Below, piece after piece: positions 1 to 12,075 of a stretch of DNA of 64,000 bases; position 1 is the stretch's first letter; each line of letters begins with the position of its first letter. The translations under genes were made by a program, and so were the position numbers. This DNA is from Camelus dromedarius (taxonomy: Eukaryota). The DNA lies in contig NC_087437.1 of the NCBI RefSeq assembly GCF_036321535.1, forward strand, positions 86,988,001-87,052,000. Reading direction: 5' to 3'. The notes beneath the pieces were generated by a model that saw only the letters and a program-made list of their open reading frames with translations, ran no database searches and had not been told where the DNA came from.

Positions 1-394
1 CGTGGCGATGAGGCATGATAGAATAAAGAAGAATTCTCTATTCCTTTTTCTGTTCAAGACAGGATTAAACTAGACTTCTCTACAATTTCCTCTAGCTCTA
101 AATATCTATGAATCCCAGAGATGACCTAAAAACACATGACCACATCACACCATTTTTGTTACTGAAATTGGCAAACCATTGAATAAATAGTATTGATTAA
201 ATGTGTTATAGAGTTGTCTTATAATTTTACCTAGCATACTGTCAAAAATTGGTATCAATTTGAAATTCTTTGGATGTTCAAATTATGTACTATTTATTTA
301 AACACAAAACACACAGCATGAGTGCCCACTATACTACTATGCCAGGTAATATTTTAAGCACTTTACAAACAACACTTAATTCAAGCAACAGAAA

Positions 395-525
395 ACCCTA
401 TTGAGTAATGCACAATGATCTTCCCCAATTTCCAGACAGGGAAACTGAGGCATTGAAAATTGAAGTGGCTTGTCAAGGTCATTCTTATACATGTCAGTTT
501 ACTCCAGAGTCCTTCCTCTTAACAC
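395..525. mobile_element. MIR SINE fragment
   Basis: MIR-core-like ccccaatttccagacagggaaactgaggca...aagtggcttgtcaaggtca...actccagagtcc. Confidence 0.65.
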
Positions 526-682
526 CTACGTTGTGCCTGCCTTTCTTGGGCTTTGGACTCAGTTTCTACCCACTGAGGGTTTCCAGACAGTTGGACTGTC
601 TGCTTTCCCAAACATGCCAGTTAGATAAGTGGGGGCACCAGGCAAATAAGGTGGAGGAGAGGGAGGAAGTTCTGGAAGACGG

Positions 683-1124
683 TGTTATGCCTGTCTCCAG
701 CATGAAGGGGGTTTACTTCTTCTGAATGACTGCCAGTAAGAAACTGGTAAGAACCTGACAGTCATGACCGCACAGTAGCAAAAAAAACTTAACTGGACAT
801 GACCCAGTGCTCACTGTAACACAATTAACATTGTGGTTTAGCCCCACATGGGTTTTTCTGTGTATACCATGGGAAAGGACATGTGCAAAGGAAACAATCA
901 TGACTAGGTTTTCTAGGGGCAAGAGCCATCAATCAATCAAAAGACCACCTCTCAGCGAGGGTATAAGAGAAAAGGCAAAACAGAGAGCACCGCTCTTCCC
1001 CCCTTGGAGCAGCCCGCTTTCCCTTTTCTAAATAAATCTAAAATCTTTCACTACAAACCGTCTCCTGACTAAAACTTATTTTTTGGGTATGACAAGAACT
1101 GAGGTCTTTACCTTTGGGGTAACA
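683..1124 (+). mobile_element. Solo LTR, ERV1-like, family unassigned (5' boundary uncertain)
   Basis: tgtta...taaca inverted termini, TATA-like gggtataaga at about 959-968, AATAAA at about 1030, and an LTR-type end ctttggggtaaca. Confidence 0.55.
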
Positions 1125-1439
1125 ATATCATCTGGACTCTTGCTTTAGTGGATATTGTGTTTGTTCTAGGAAAGTTCTTCTACTTTTATACAGCCCATGC
1201 TTTCTGTGGGTCTTAGCATGACTTTTTTTTTAAATGTATAAGAGCGGCACTGGATCAGTCCTCCAAAACCTGGAGGTTCTAGGTCCACTGACTCCACTGA
1301 ACATCTATGCAATCTCAGAAAAAACACATAAATTCTGTGTCCTAGACCATGACCAAAAGTATATAATAGTATCTGGACAGCTTATAGAGCAAAATCAAAT
1401 GAAATATTTATGAGAATATTTATACTGTCACAAAAATAC

Positions 1440-1540
1440 ATGGGTTCTGGAATCAGACCCATCATTTACCAGTTGTGTAACTTTAGAAATCTACCTAATC
1501 TCTCGATGCCTCTGTTTCCTCTTCTGTAAAATGATAATAA
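1440..1540. mobile_element. MIR SINE fragment
   Basis: ggttctggaatcagacc...aatctctcgatgcctctgtttcctcttctgtaaaatga, the MIR core. Confidence 0.65.
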
Positions 1541-2796
1541 ATTTAATTGTACATAATAGAAGCACTGACTATAAATAGTAAGAAACTTTAAAACACTTAA
1601 GAAAATACGTGCTCCACTGTGTCTTCATATTGCTACTGTAAACTAAGTCCAAAAAATACTATCTAAATTCCAGGTAAAAATACACTATGTTCTACTAAGA
1701 AGCATGTATATGTATTATGGATGAAATGTTTATAATTAAAAAAAATGAAACCTAGAATAAGAAGCAAACCATTAAAGAAATACAGCAAGAGCCTTTTTTA
1801 TATCTTTTAAATATTGATCTATAACAAATAAGACTTCTAAATCCTTAGAGTTTTCGTGAATATATCATTTTGATTTAAAAAATGGAGTGAGAGTTTTGAT
1901 TTTTGTCTTTTTACTCCTAAGACAAAAGGTACTTTTTTCCTCCTCTATATTTAAAGTTGGGAAGAATTCTACGGTAAAGCAGTAAGAGTAAACTGATTTA
2001 AAAAAAAATCAAACTGTGCAAACTCAAAGATTTTTATAAATCAAAGTGTATGTTAAAAAAGTTATTTTTCTCTCTTCTTTTCATCTGCTCTATCAAACAA
2101 TGGAAATATAGCAAATATAAAATTTATCTGCAAAAGTCCTAAGACTGAAGTTTTTAAATGGAGTATTTCTTAAACCTCAGACACTGAAGACTCATTAGAC
2201 GATCATATATAACACTATCATAGAGATATCTGTGGTAAATCTGGAATCATATTAGAATTTTAGAATTTATTGTTGTTTTTGCAAATTTACTTATCAGATA
2301 AGGTTAACTGCTAATTAAGATCATGTAAGGCTAGACTGATTGATGTTCCAAAATATGCATCAATATAATAAATATTTATCTAACGGTATTCTGTCCTTCC
2401 TGTCCCTCAGTATGGCTTTTTTTCTACCATATGATATAATAAACATTTGATTTTTCTATTTCTGTGATTTGTGATTTTCCTTGCTAAAGAAAATATAGGT
2501 TTTGTTGTTGTTAATTAAAATAACTATTTAATACTTTGAAAAAATTGAATCTGTAGTCATTTCAAAACAAGGAACTTTCTTTATACCACTTAAAAGTTAC
2601 AAAAAGATTTAGAACTACTAATATTAAGTTGCAATTATATTTTGATACTGTGTCTTATAAAATTTTAAATTTGTTTTAAATCTTGTTCACACAGATTCTG
2701 TAGTTATTTTATACAGCATTTTGTTTCTAATGTCCTCAGAGAGTGACTTCTCCATGTTCATTCCATCACAGGAGGATTAGGAGAGGTCTTGAGGCA

Positions 2797-3124
2797 CAAT
2801 GGTCCCTCATAGCCAAGGGGGACTGGCTTCAGGACTCCCACGGATAGCAAAATCTGAGGATGCTGAAGTCCCTTATGTAAAATGGTGCAGTATTTGCATA
2901 CAAAGCACAGCCTGCCACATTGTTTAAACCATCTCTACATTATTTATAATACCTAACACAATGTAAATGCTGTGTAGATAGCTGTAAATACAATATAAAC
3001 ATCATCTAAATAGTTTCCGGCTTATGGCAAATTCAAGTTTTGCTTTCTGAAACTTTCTGGAACTTTTTTTTCCAATATCTGCCATCCAAGGTTGGCTGAA
3101 CCCACGGATCCAGAGGACCAATTG
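2797..3124 (+). mobile_element. MER2-type non-autonomous TcMar-Tigger DNA transposon
   Basis: Resembles the recalled MER2 consensus (gtccctc...caggactcccacggatagcaaaatctgaggatgctgaagtcccttatgtaaaatgg...atttgcata). Has degenerate terminal inverted repeats and TA at the right flank. Confidence 0.85.
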
Positions 3125-3550
3125 TATAAATTTGTGCTTTTGAAGACGACAACTTTCCTTTGGTAGCAGGACTGCCATGTGTCAGCTGTGAGCTGATAAT
3201 TTCTAAGAACACTAGATTCTCAGTACCTTGCAGAAGGTAGTGATTGTTATTTTAAGCAGCATTTGTCAGATAAAAAGTATGTCATAAAATATTTATTCTA
3301 TCATATTAACAGTTTTTATTAATCTGGAATGTTTCAATGAGATATGAAGTTTGGGCATAAAATATTAGCATATCAACAACAATGTGATTTTATATTATTA
3401 ATAAAATATTTAGAAAATGGAAAATATACATGCCAGGGAAAAATGGTAAAATTGGAACCGTCAAAAGAGAATATTGGGTTTCCTTTCAGTGGAGGGCTGG
3501 GCATTGTCAGACTCTCCCTGGATATCTGTTTCTAAAGGTTGTTCATCTTT

Positions 3551-3702
3551 TTTTTTTTTTAATTTTTTTCCTTTCTTTTGGGGGGTGGGGAGAGGTAATT
3601 AGGCTATTTATTTATTTTAACGGAGGTACTGGGGATTGAACCCAGGACCTCATTCATGCTAAGCATGCGCTCTACCACTGTATATAGCTATAGTCTCCCT
3701 AC
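3551..3702 (-). mobile_element. tRNA-derived SINE resembling camelid Vic-1
   Basis: Minus strand reads ...cagtggtagagcgcatgcttagcatgaatgaggtcctgggttcaatccccagtacctcc (Pol III A/B boxes) followed by an A-rich tail. TSD aaggttgttcatcttt (3535-3550) / aaggatgtttatcttt (3703-3718). Confidence 0.85.
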
Positions 3703-3871
3703 AAGGATGTTTATCTTTGATTGTCTTTCTAGCCTGTTTTAACAGCTGTGAAGTTAGTTGCGGACAATGGATAGTGATATAAATAATCCTTCTCATTACA
3801 GTTAGAGTGATAAATTCACTAGAGATATGATTAGTTTGTGTGCATTACAAGAGATGACATCAATCAGTATA

Positions 3872-3877
3872 TTTATT
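3872..3877 (-). terminator. Candidate intronic polyadenylation signal (AATAAA) for the soluble isoform
   Basis: tttatt on + at 3872-3877, about 800 nt downstream of the read-through stop. A second hexamer lies at 4101-4106. The AT-rich context makes chance hits likely. Confidence 0.35.
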
Positions 3878-4669
3878 GTCCTATAGTATATTAACCAGTT
3901 TTGGACAAATTAATCAATTTGTTTAAGTATTCTGGATTGTCTACATATGCATACACACATACACAAAGACACACACAAACATACACAAATGTGTATATAT
4001 ATGTGTGTATGTATCTGTTCTTCAAATTTCCCTTTAAATCATTTAATCTCTTACTAGTCTCTTCATTAATTAATAAGTTAAATAAAATCTTTAACTGGTT
4101 TTTATTTTACATTAGTACCACAGCTATGATTTTGCCTTTTTGAAAATTATATTTTAGCAGAGGGGCTCTTCTAATATGAAGCAAATGCATTTGAAGAAAA
4201 GCAAAATGTCTTGGGGAAAATGTTTGCCAATTTCAGACAAATTTGGTGTCAGAGACACAGGGCTATTCAAATTGCTTGTGAATGTGAATGAGGTGATGAA
4301 TCAGGTTTTAGAAAATCCTTAATCTCCAAGTGATACAAGATTAACTGTGTTAAGGATTAAAATATTAAGTTCCTCATGGATCAGCAAGTTTCTTTTTTGT
4401 AGTTCATTGAATCATGCAATGAACGTAGAATATTTGGATTAACAGGTACTGGAAGTTAAAATGTGATTATATTAAATAATGTTCCTCAAAGCAATTTATA
4501 GCCAATAGAAGACCAGAATCATTCCAGGCATTAGAATATGTTTGATTTGTAAAAGAGAAAAAAAAATGATGTACACTTACACAAACACAAGGACACAGTC
4601 CCAATGCTATGCACAATTATTAAATGTCCTCAAGCAATATATTTTCAATGTAAAACACTTGGTTAAAAC

Positions 4670-4743
4670 TTAGAGTGAGAATGAATTATCAGACACATTT
4701 GCAACAGCCCTCCCACCATACACTATATTGAGAAAATACGTAC
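4670..4743 (-). CDS. EPHA3: Putative intron-7 read-through C-terminus of a soluble EPHA3 isoform ([24 protein letters not shown])
   Basis: The reading frame continues past the exon 7 donor to TAA at 4670-4672. It resembles the recalled human secreted-isoform tail CMYYFNAV*. Confidence 0.55.
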
Positions 4744-4906
4744 AATCTGGACTAGTTTCAAACTCAAACTTGCGACTGTTGGTCCCATATCCAGCGGCGG
4801 TCCGGGCTCGGATTTGGAATACATATGTAGTATCAGGCTTGAGGCTACTGATGGTAACATTCGTGCCTCTTGCCCTGAGAATGGTGTAACTCGTCTCTTG
4901 TTCCTG
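4744..4906 (-). CDS. EPHA3: EPHA3 coding exon 7 (163 bp, phase 0/1), C-terminal half of second FN3 domain: [54 protein letters not shown]
   Basis: Within ORF 4670..4981(-). Acceptor cttacctcaaag|CAGGAA; donor GATT|gtacgt. Confidence 0.97.
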
Positions 4907-7697
4907 CTTTGAGGTAAGAAAAATCACGTTAAAATCAAACCTTCCTAACGCTATCAAATGGTAAAAAAGTGAGCCACTCAAAACCAGTTCTTCTGGATTT
5001 TAACTCAGATCATAGGACTGATAAAAGAGATGACAATCATTTAACTCTCTAAATGTAACCTAGAGGCATTTTTAAGCTAAAACAATTTACAGAATTTCCT
5101 AACTTGGATAAATAATTTGTGCCCTGTACATAGGCAGGAAAAATTAGTTTTCAGTCTTACCAATTAATATATGGATGAAAATATGTTCTCTTCAAAGCCA
5201 CAACTGAGTGAAACCTTCAGTCTAATTCCAAGAATAAACTCTCAAAGAGGAAAATGCCCCTTTGAATTAAACTTAACAGGAATGTCCTACTGATTCTCAG
5301 AAAATATTTCTATCAATTATAAGATATTAAACTTAAAAAGGCCCAGGTTTTATGCAGAGTTCTACATTAATAACTTTCTTAGCATCAACTACATTCGCAC
5401 TGTATTTAATCTAAGTCACCGTGGCTTAGTAGAGACAAAAATCTTCAGATAAAAGTCTAGAAATTTTCCCAAAAGGATTCACATTGTACATCGGAAGATT
5501 CACACTGCACATTAATTATAAAGACTGTTTGTGTCAAGCCTTGTTTACAAAAATTGGATTTACACAGAACTGTGTTTTTCCTCTAACACACGTCAATACA
5601 CACTGAGCACTTTGTGGGTAACCTAATTTCAAATAATGGTGAAATGTTGCTGCATGTGGGGTGGGGTCGGGAGTCTGTGATATAGAACAACGCATATTCT
5701 CAACCAAAACTATACAGAATATTACAGAAAAAATATGCATTACAGATACTTTTAAGAGATACCGATTATGTATCAAACAGCATTTGAATTAGTATGTTAA
5801 ATAAGGAAGAGGGACAAATATATTTATTTTAGAGAAATGATTATTTCATGTGTGAAAAGAGTGTTAGGCATATCCCCAGAACTTGCTTCTGTTCATCATC
5901 ACTAATGAACTGAACAGTCAAGAAAGCTAGGCCTTGCAGAGCTTAAATTCCAATATATTCCAAAATATTTCCAAGCATCATATGTATATTTGGAAATACT
6001 TCTGAATATATGAATGCATGATATAAAAAAGTAATTCTATAAAGTATATAAAAATGATGTTACACATAGGTACGCATCAAGTTTAAAATGCTTAGGGAAT
6101 AATAAAAAGGTTCAGCCATTTGTTTCCTGTACTGATTAATATTGTTTTAAAATAAGGATGCATATTGTGCTTTGTTGGTGGAATCTGAAATAAGCTCAGA
6201 AAACTTTTTATGTTTGTGAAAGATATGAATGGAGATGAATAGTATTTTTGAATTAGCTCCATAGATCTAAGACTTAGGTGTTCCCTGGTTCTCCTATCCA
6301 GTCTAAACTGAGTTGTATCATTAATTGCCTTTTTATTTTGTTGCATCATCATCTATAAAACATGGATTCTTATATTTGCCCAGTCCATCTTGTAACACTT
6401 AAAAATGGAAGATCATGATCAAACGAGCATCTGATGATACCACAGTGGATCACTGAAAGCTAGGAGATCACTTATGTGGAGAATGATTTTGGCACAGTGA
6501 GGTTTACTAGATTTCACTTTCTTTTAATGAAAGAGACATACCTTTTTCCCTGTAGGGGGCAGTTTGAGAAAAATGGCATCACACTTGTGAAATACATTAA
6601 CTTCGATGAACAGAATAACTACATGATGCAAAGGAATGCATTGTGTCTTTTTGCACAACTGACCATATCACTAATTCTCACATCTCTAATGATCCCTCTT
6701 CATTAGCGGGACATATGCAGTACAGGGGAAATCATACTACCCGAGGAGTCATGGCTGCCAGAGTTCAAACAGAAATCTAATGTTTAACAGCTGTGAGGTT
6801 GTGAGAAATTCAAATAATGCCACTGACTCTCAGTTTCCTTACTTACAAAAGAACCTATCTGCCTACTATCATTGGATTATCAGACAGCTCGAAATAACGT
6901 ATGCTGAAGTGTTGTGTAAATAGAAACTATACAAACATACGGTTTGCTTTTGGTTCACTTTAAAATATTTTGTAAATGGCAGCAGATACACAAATATGCT
7001 GTGTTCATATCAGTAGCTATAAAATCACTGAGTTCTAATGATAACGTTTGAATACATCTTGCCTTCAAATCTCACCATAATTTATATCCAGGGAGAAATA
7101 AGTGCTATTTAGAGTATGAAATATCATGGCCTATATTCTACTTATAAATAATTGTGTGCCTATTTTTTATCATTATATTACTGAACCACAATTTTATGAT
7201 GTGAGGCAAACGTATCCATCCACTCCCACCTTCTTAATTTCCTTGTAACAAGTCAAGAAATCTTTCCATCATCAGTTCAATAATACATTGGTTTTGTTAT
7301 TAGTTCAAGGTTCCTATCTGTATTGAATGAAATTTATCTGAGTGTGAAGGTCAGCGAATGATGCTTAAAGCAATGAACTAAGGAATGGTTCATCAATAGG
7401 AAGGAATCACTAGATAACAGCTGTATAACAGGGGTTTCAGCGAGGAAGGACACAATTGTCATCTGTCATACCACAACTTGATAGATTAAAATTTGGTAGT
7501 GACAACTTTGCTATGGCTTTTTGCTGAAGAATATCTGACACAATGATTTCTAAACACCCCTCTCTATATAAATCAAAGGTGTCCCATGACCAGAATTCTA
7601 AACAGAGCTCTCACTTCCCAGCAATGCCACTCGTTTCTTTGCAAGAGCACACTGATGAGAAGGTAACACAACTCAGCCCTTTAACATTATCTCCCAC

Positions 7698-7822
7698 CTT
7701 TTCATAGTATTTGACCTCATAGTCCAATATGATTCCATTAGGGTGTTCAGGTTCTTGCCAGGATAGAGAAATACTGTTTCTGGAAGTCCGATCTTTCTTA
7801 ATCGTCATGACAGGTGATGGAG
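7698..7822 (-). CDS. EPHA3: EPHA3 coding exon 6 (125 bp, phase 1/0), N-terminal half of second FN3 domain: (A)[41 protein letters not shown]
   Basis: Overlaps ORF 7611..7808(-). Acceptor ctttacag|CTCCA; donor AAG|gtggga. The frame joins exon 5 (G+CT=Ala) across a 40,418-bp intron. Confidence 0.97.
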
Positions 7823-10529
7823 CTGTAAAGAGAGGAAGGGAGGGACGATGGGAAAAGGCAGATTAATCGGGTTGGGAAGGGTGGTAAAGAAGAGCGGAGA
7901 GGGACGGGAACAAACAAATGGAGTCTATCATTGTTCTAATCTTTGGCAAGAAAGCACTATTTCCATTTCAAAGGCTCGTGAGTATTAATCTGGCCCCATA
8001 TCAAGCCTCAGCAGCTGGATTATAGCCCTGGTACACACAAGCCTATGGAAAATGAGCTGAGATTTTCAGCTGCTGGTGGAGTAGTGGCAAGTGAGCAGAT
8101 GTTTTCAATCTGCTACTATAATGTAAGCAATGAAATATATTTGATGTATTAAAAAAAGAACAAAACATCAGGAGTACCTATTTGTTACAATGTTGCAAAG
8201 TTATTAATGCCAGATTCTTCAGCTCATTGATAACATTTTCATATGCAACTCTGTAAGAGGACTGGAATCCATTACGCCCAGAGTCCCATGGTATCCATAG
8301 GTAATAGTAATATTTAGTGTATCATAAAATAGATAGGATTTAGGACACATTATAGTAGACCTTGACTTCTGACAAAAATCTCTCATGAATAAAAAATACA
8401 TATCAGGAAACAACAATCTCTGCTTTTACATTTTTACTTCTTAAAAAAAAATTTTTGTCAGAAGTACCCAGTAATGAGTGCAATTTGTGTCACCTCTTTC
8501 TATTTATTTTGAGATATCTTACTGAGCAGTGACTCTGTATTTGCTACGTTTTGCTATGCATTATCAAAAGTATAGAATACGAATAAAAAAACATCTGTTT
8601 GGATCAGATATCATAGGGTCAGTAACATTTCAAATGGAAGATTAAATGTGTTTTAAGTGATATCTTACTTGAAATCCTTCCATTAAAAAGAAAAATACAT
8701 ACTATCCATCAATGCACTTTTGGTTTCAAATCTCAGTCTTGGTACACTGGCCAACCAAAATACCTCAGTGTGGGGCGCAGTGGCATTCTGCCCTAAAGGA
8801 ATGCAGCAAAATAACTTACAAACATGAAACAAATAAAAATCAAGAATTCTTAGGCACATTAACTGTTGAATTGTTTTCATTCCTAAAGGGACCTATTTTT
8901 TAATAGATCTTTTTCTCAAATCAAGGACTGTTAGCACCTGGTTTATTCATATTCCCAACAACATCTAGCAGTACATCTTCCCTATCTGTTGACCTGATGT
9001 TTCTATGATTATCATTCGCCAAACTTTTGCATTCAATCTCTCATTTAAATTGTTCCTGTCTACAAATGCCTTTCATTTTTATTCTTCACTTAAAAACAGA
9101 GCTTTCAGTAAGCTTGCCTTGTGACACTTCTTTGGAAAGTGTAAAGCTAAACAAAGTATCTATTGCAATAAAGTTTCCATCCTTCTATTTCTGTTATTTG
9201 TAATATCTTCTTATAAATTTTTGTAATTAAAGCCTCACTACGTTAATGGCCTGGGAATGATTACATAACCTTTTCCAAAGAAAAATGTAGGTGTTGCTTT
9301 TCTGATGGAAAAGTAAATTCATCTTCTTATTCACATTTTGCTCCCATTAACAATCAACATCCTTCCATGTAACTTAACATCATTTACCTTTTATGTTTGC
9401 TTTTTATCTATTCAGTATTATTGTTTTATTTCCCAAACTCGGCTCACAACACTCTCAACCCTCACTCCGAGGCAGTTTGCTGCTCTGAAATAGATTCTAA
9501 GCAAAAGATAAGTTATTTTGGTTATATTTAGTTGAAATTTTATAAACATATCCAGTGTTTATAAACATGTCACTGAGTTAGAAACAAATAACAGATACGT
9601 TAAATTTTTAATAATTATTTTTTAAATTTACCCTAATACTTAGAAAAATCAATTTATTATCCAATCACTAATAGAATAATTTCAGCTTCAATGTCCTTAG
9701 AACCAATTTTTCCTTTTTTTACCAAAAAAATAGAGAAATTCCACCAATTTCCTCCTGCAGAAAATCCATTAATAGAGTAACTTCTAATGTATGCTTACAG
9801 AGCGTGTCAAAGTGGCTGAATGTTGGAACACTTTCTTAGTAAATCCATGGAGACCCTCCATTCATTCCATATCACTGTGAAACTGGTTTATTTTTCTTAA
9901 CAATTAAAGCACATTTTCAAAGAAGTTTTGAAAATTACTAGGTATAGCATCTCTCCTTAAAAAAAGAGAGAGAAAATAATTCATTTTCAGGAGCAATTGT
10001 GAAGAAGATCGTGTTAACTTTTTAATGAAAGCTTTCCAGGCTCTTTTGGGGATCTGCCTAAGTTCTACTGCTCCTGCGCTGAGCGAGGCTTTATAACTGT
10101 CGAAAATTCTTCAAAGGTCTTTGAGCAAGCTGCAGGGCCCTGTTGGACTGTAATAAATAGCCTTTTGTAATTCCACACTTACTTAAGTAGAGGCAATTGC
10201 TCGAAGCTTGTGCCATCTCTAAGTTAAATGAACCTTTTCTGATTGCTGCTTTTAGGCCCCTGTTAAGTCATTTGTTCTGCTCTTTTAATACACGCCCCTT
10301 GTGCTGGCTGTGTTTCAGCAGTTTCAATCCAATGCACCAACTGGAATCCCATTACATTTAGGTAATGCTCATCAATATTTTAATATTAATAAATAATTCA
10401 CAGAAATTGTTTTTCTCTCCCCTAATAAATAATTTTAAGACATAATAAAACATACTGCAGAAAGGGATGAATTCCATGGGCACTCCCCTGCATCCATGTT
10501 TTCTAAAAGTTTTTCTAGAACACTTTTTA

Positions 10530-10724
10530 TTTATTTATTAAACATTTTTTATTGATTTATAATTATTTTACAATGTTGTGTCAAATTCCAGTGTAGAGCA
10601 CAATTTTTCAGTTATACATGAAAATATATATATATTCATTGTCACATTTTTTCTCTGTGAGTTACCATAAGATCTTATGTATATTTCCCTGTGCTACACA
10701 GTATAATCTTGTTTATCTATTCTA
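10530..10724 (-). mobile_element. 5'-truncated lineage-specific L1 3' end with exact 14-bp TSD
   Basis: T-rich tail at left and a cetartiodactyl L1 3'UTR-like motif (ttccctgtgctacacagta). TSD tagaacacttttta at 10516-10529 and 10725-10738. Confidence 0.85.
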
Positions 10725-11734
10725 TAGAACACTTTTTAATTCATGTCTTGAAGTATAATTTATCCAGACTTGCTCATGTGTTGTGTTATAATTTGTAATA
10801 TTTATGAGAAACAGATATATGGGGGTTTTTTTTTGGTTATTAAAGTATTAATTTTCAAAATTCATGGAAATTCCTTATTTTTCTTTTATAAAGAATGTGA
10901 TACTGCAATGTATATCATATAATACATTTGATTTATTTTATTCTCATTCCCCTGTTTTTTAAATTTGTGATTTTAAAGAGTGTTGGGTAATAGTTACATG
11001 GATTAAAAACAATTATAAGATTAGAGAAATGCTCAAAAGTCGAGTGAAAAGTTACTTATTAAGGGGAGGCACAGTTTTTCCCTGCAAAATGCTGGTGTAT
11101 GTGCTAAAATAGCAGATGCTGTGAATACTCCAATAGCCTAAGATTTAGAATTTTATTCTGGTGATTCTTTTACATATCTTAAATGATATATTATTAAAAG
11201 GATTCTCTTATTAATAGGAAGAAGTTAATGACTAAGTAGGCTGCTATGAAATGGGTCCAGGAATTTACACAGTTTAGTAAATGGACAGTTTTGCAGGGAA
11301 AAAAAATAGAGAACTGGTAAGAAGAAAAATTAAATTAGTAAAAAAATAACTTTTAGTAAGACAGTGACTGTCTTTAAAATAATGTCTTAGTGTTAAAATA
11401 CATTTTTGTTGGGTTGGTATTTGAGAGGGAGTAAATATTTGATCCTTATCTTTTGTTCTGGGTTCAACCCAATATATGTGTCCTTGTGAAAATAAGGAGA
11501 TATGATGTACTCGGTAAAGTGAAATTTATTTTTTTGTAGGAAAAATTACTGAAAAGGAAATGTTTACGTTTATTCAATTCAGATGTCTATCAGATTTACC
11601 AATTCATTCATCAAATGCACAATGTGGTAGACACTGAAGGACTGTCCCAGGAATTGGGGTTACTACAGAAGACAAAAAATCCCCCAAATCTATGCTTTCT
11701 CACAGCTTACATTCCAGGAAGCTATATAAATCCT

Positions 11735-12075
11735 GCAATTTACATACACTATAATGTAATTTACAAACAATATAATAGACCCATTGTAAATGTACACTCC
11801 AATGAGTTTTGACAGATCCAAAACTTCTGTAACCATCATCATAATCAAGATAAAGAATATTTCTGTCACCCCAAAACGTTTCCTTGTACCATATCCCAAG
11901 CAATCCTTCTACTTCAGGCTATGGGCAATAACTAATTTGTTTTCTGTTACTACAGATTCAATTTGTCTTTTCTAGAGTTTTATATGAATGGAATCATATA
12001 GTATTTTTTTTTCCTATGTCAGGTTTCTTTTGCTCAGGAGAATATTTCTGATAATCACCATGAAGTTTTGTGAAA
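11735..12075 (-). mobile_element. Old L1M (L1MB/MC-like) 3' UTR fragment
   Basis: Typical motifs gtaaccatcatcataatcaagataaagaatatttctgtcacccca and ttttctagagttttatatgaatggaatcatatagta. Confidence 0.8.

Noticed and set aside
3620..3700. tRNA-like sequence with A and B boxes
   Set aside because: It has an A-rich tail, a TSD and a disrupted 5' end, so it is a SINE head rather than a tRNA gene.
5477..5513. Short imperfect tandem duplication (gattcacattgtacat / gattcacactgcacat); a similar two-copy ggttaaagc repeat lies at about 23407-23435
   Set aside because: Only two degenerate copies each; ordinary slippage duplications, not an array or CRISPR.
9539..9567. Small hairpin tttataaaca...tgtttataaa
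   Set aside because: A 10-bp AT-rich stem is expected by chance in this composition and is too short for a pre-miRNA.
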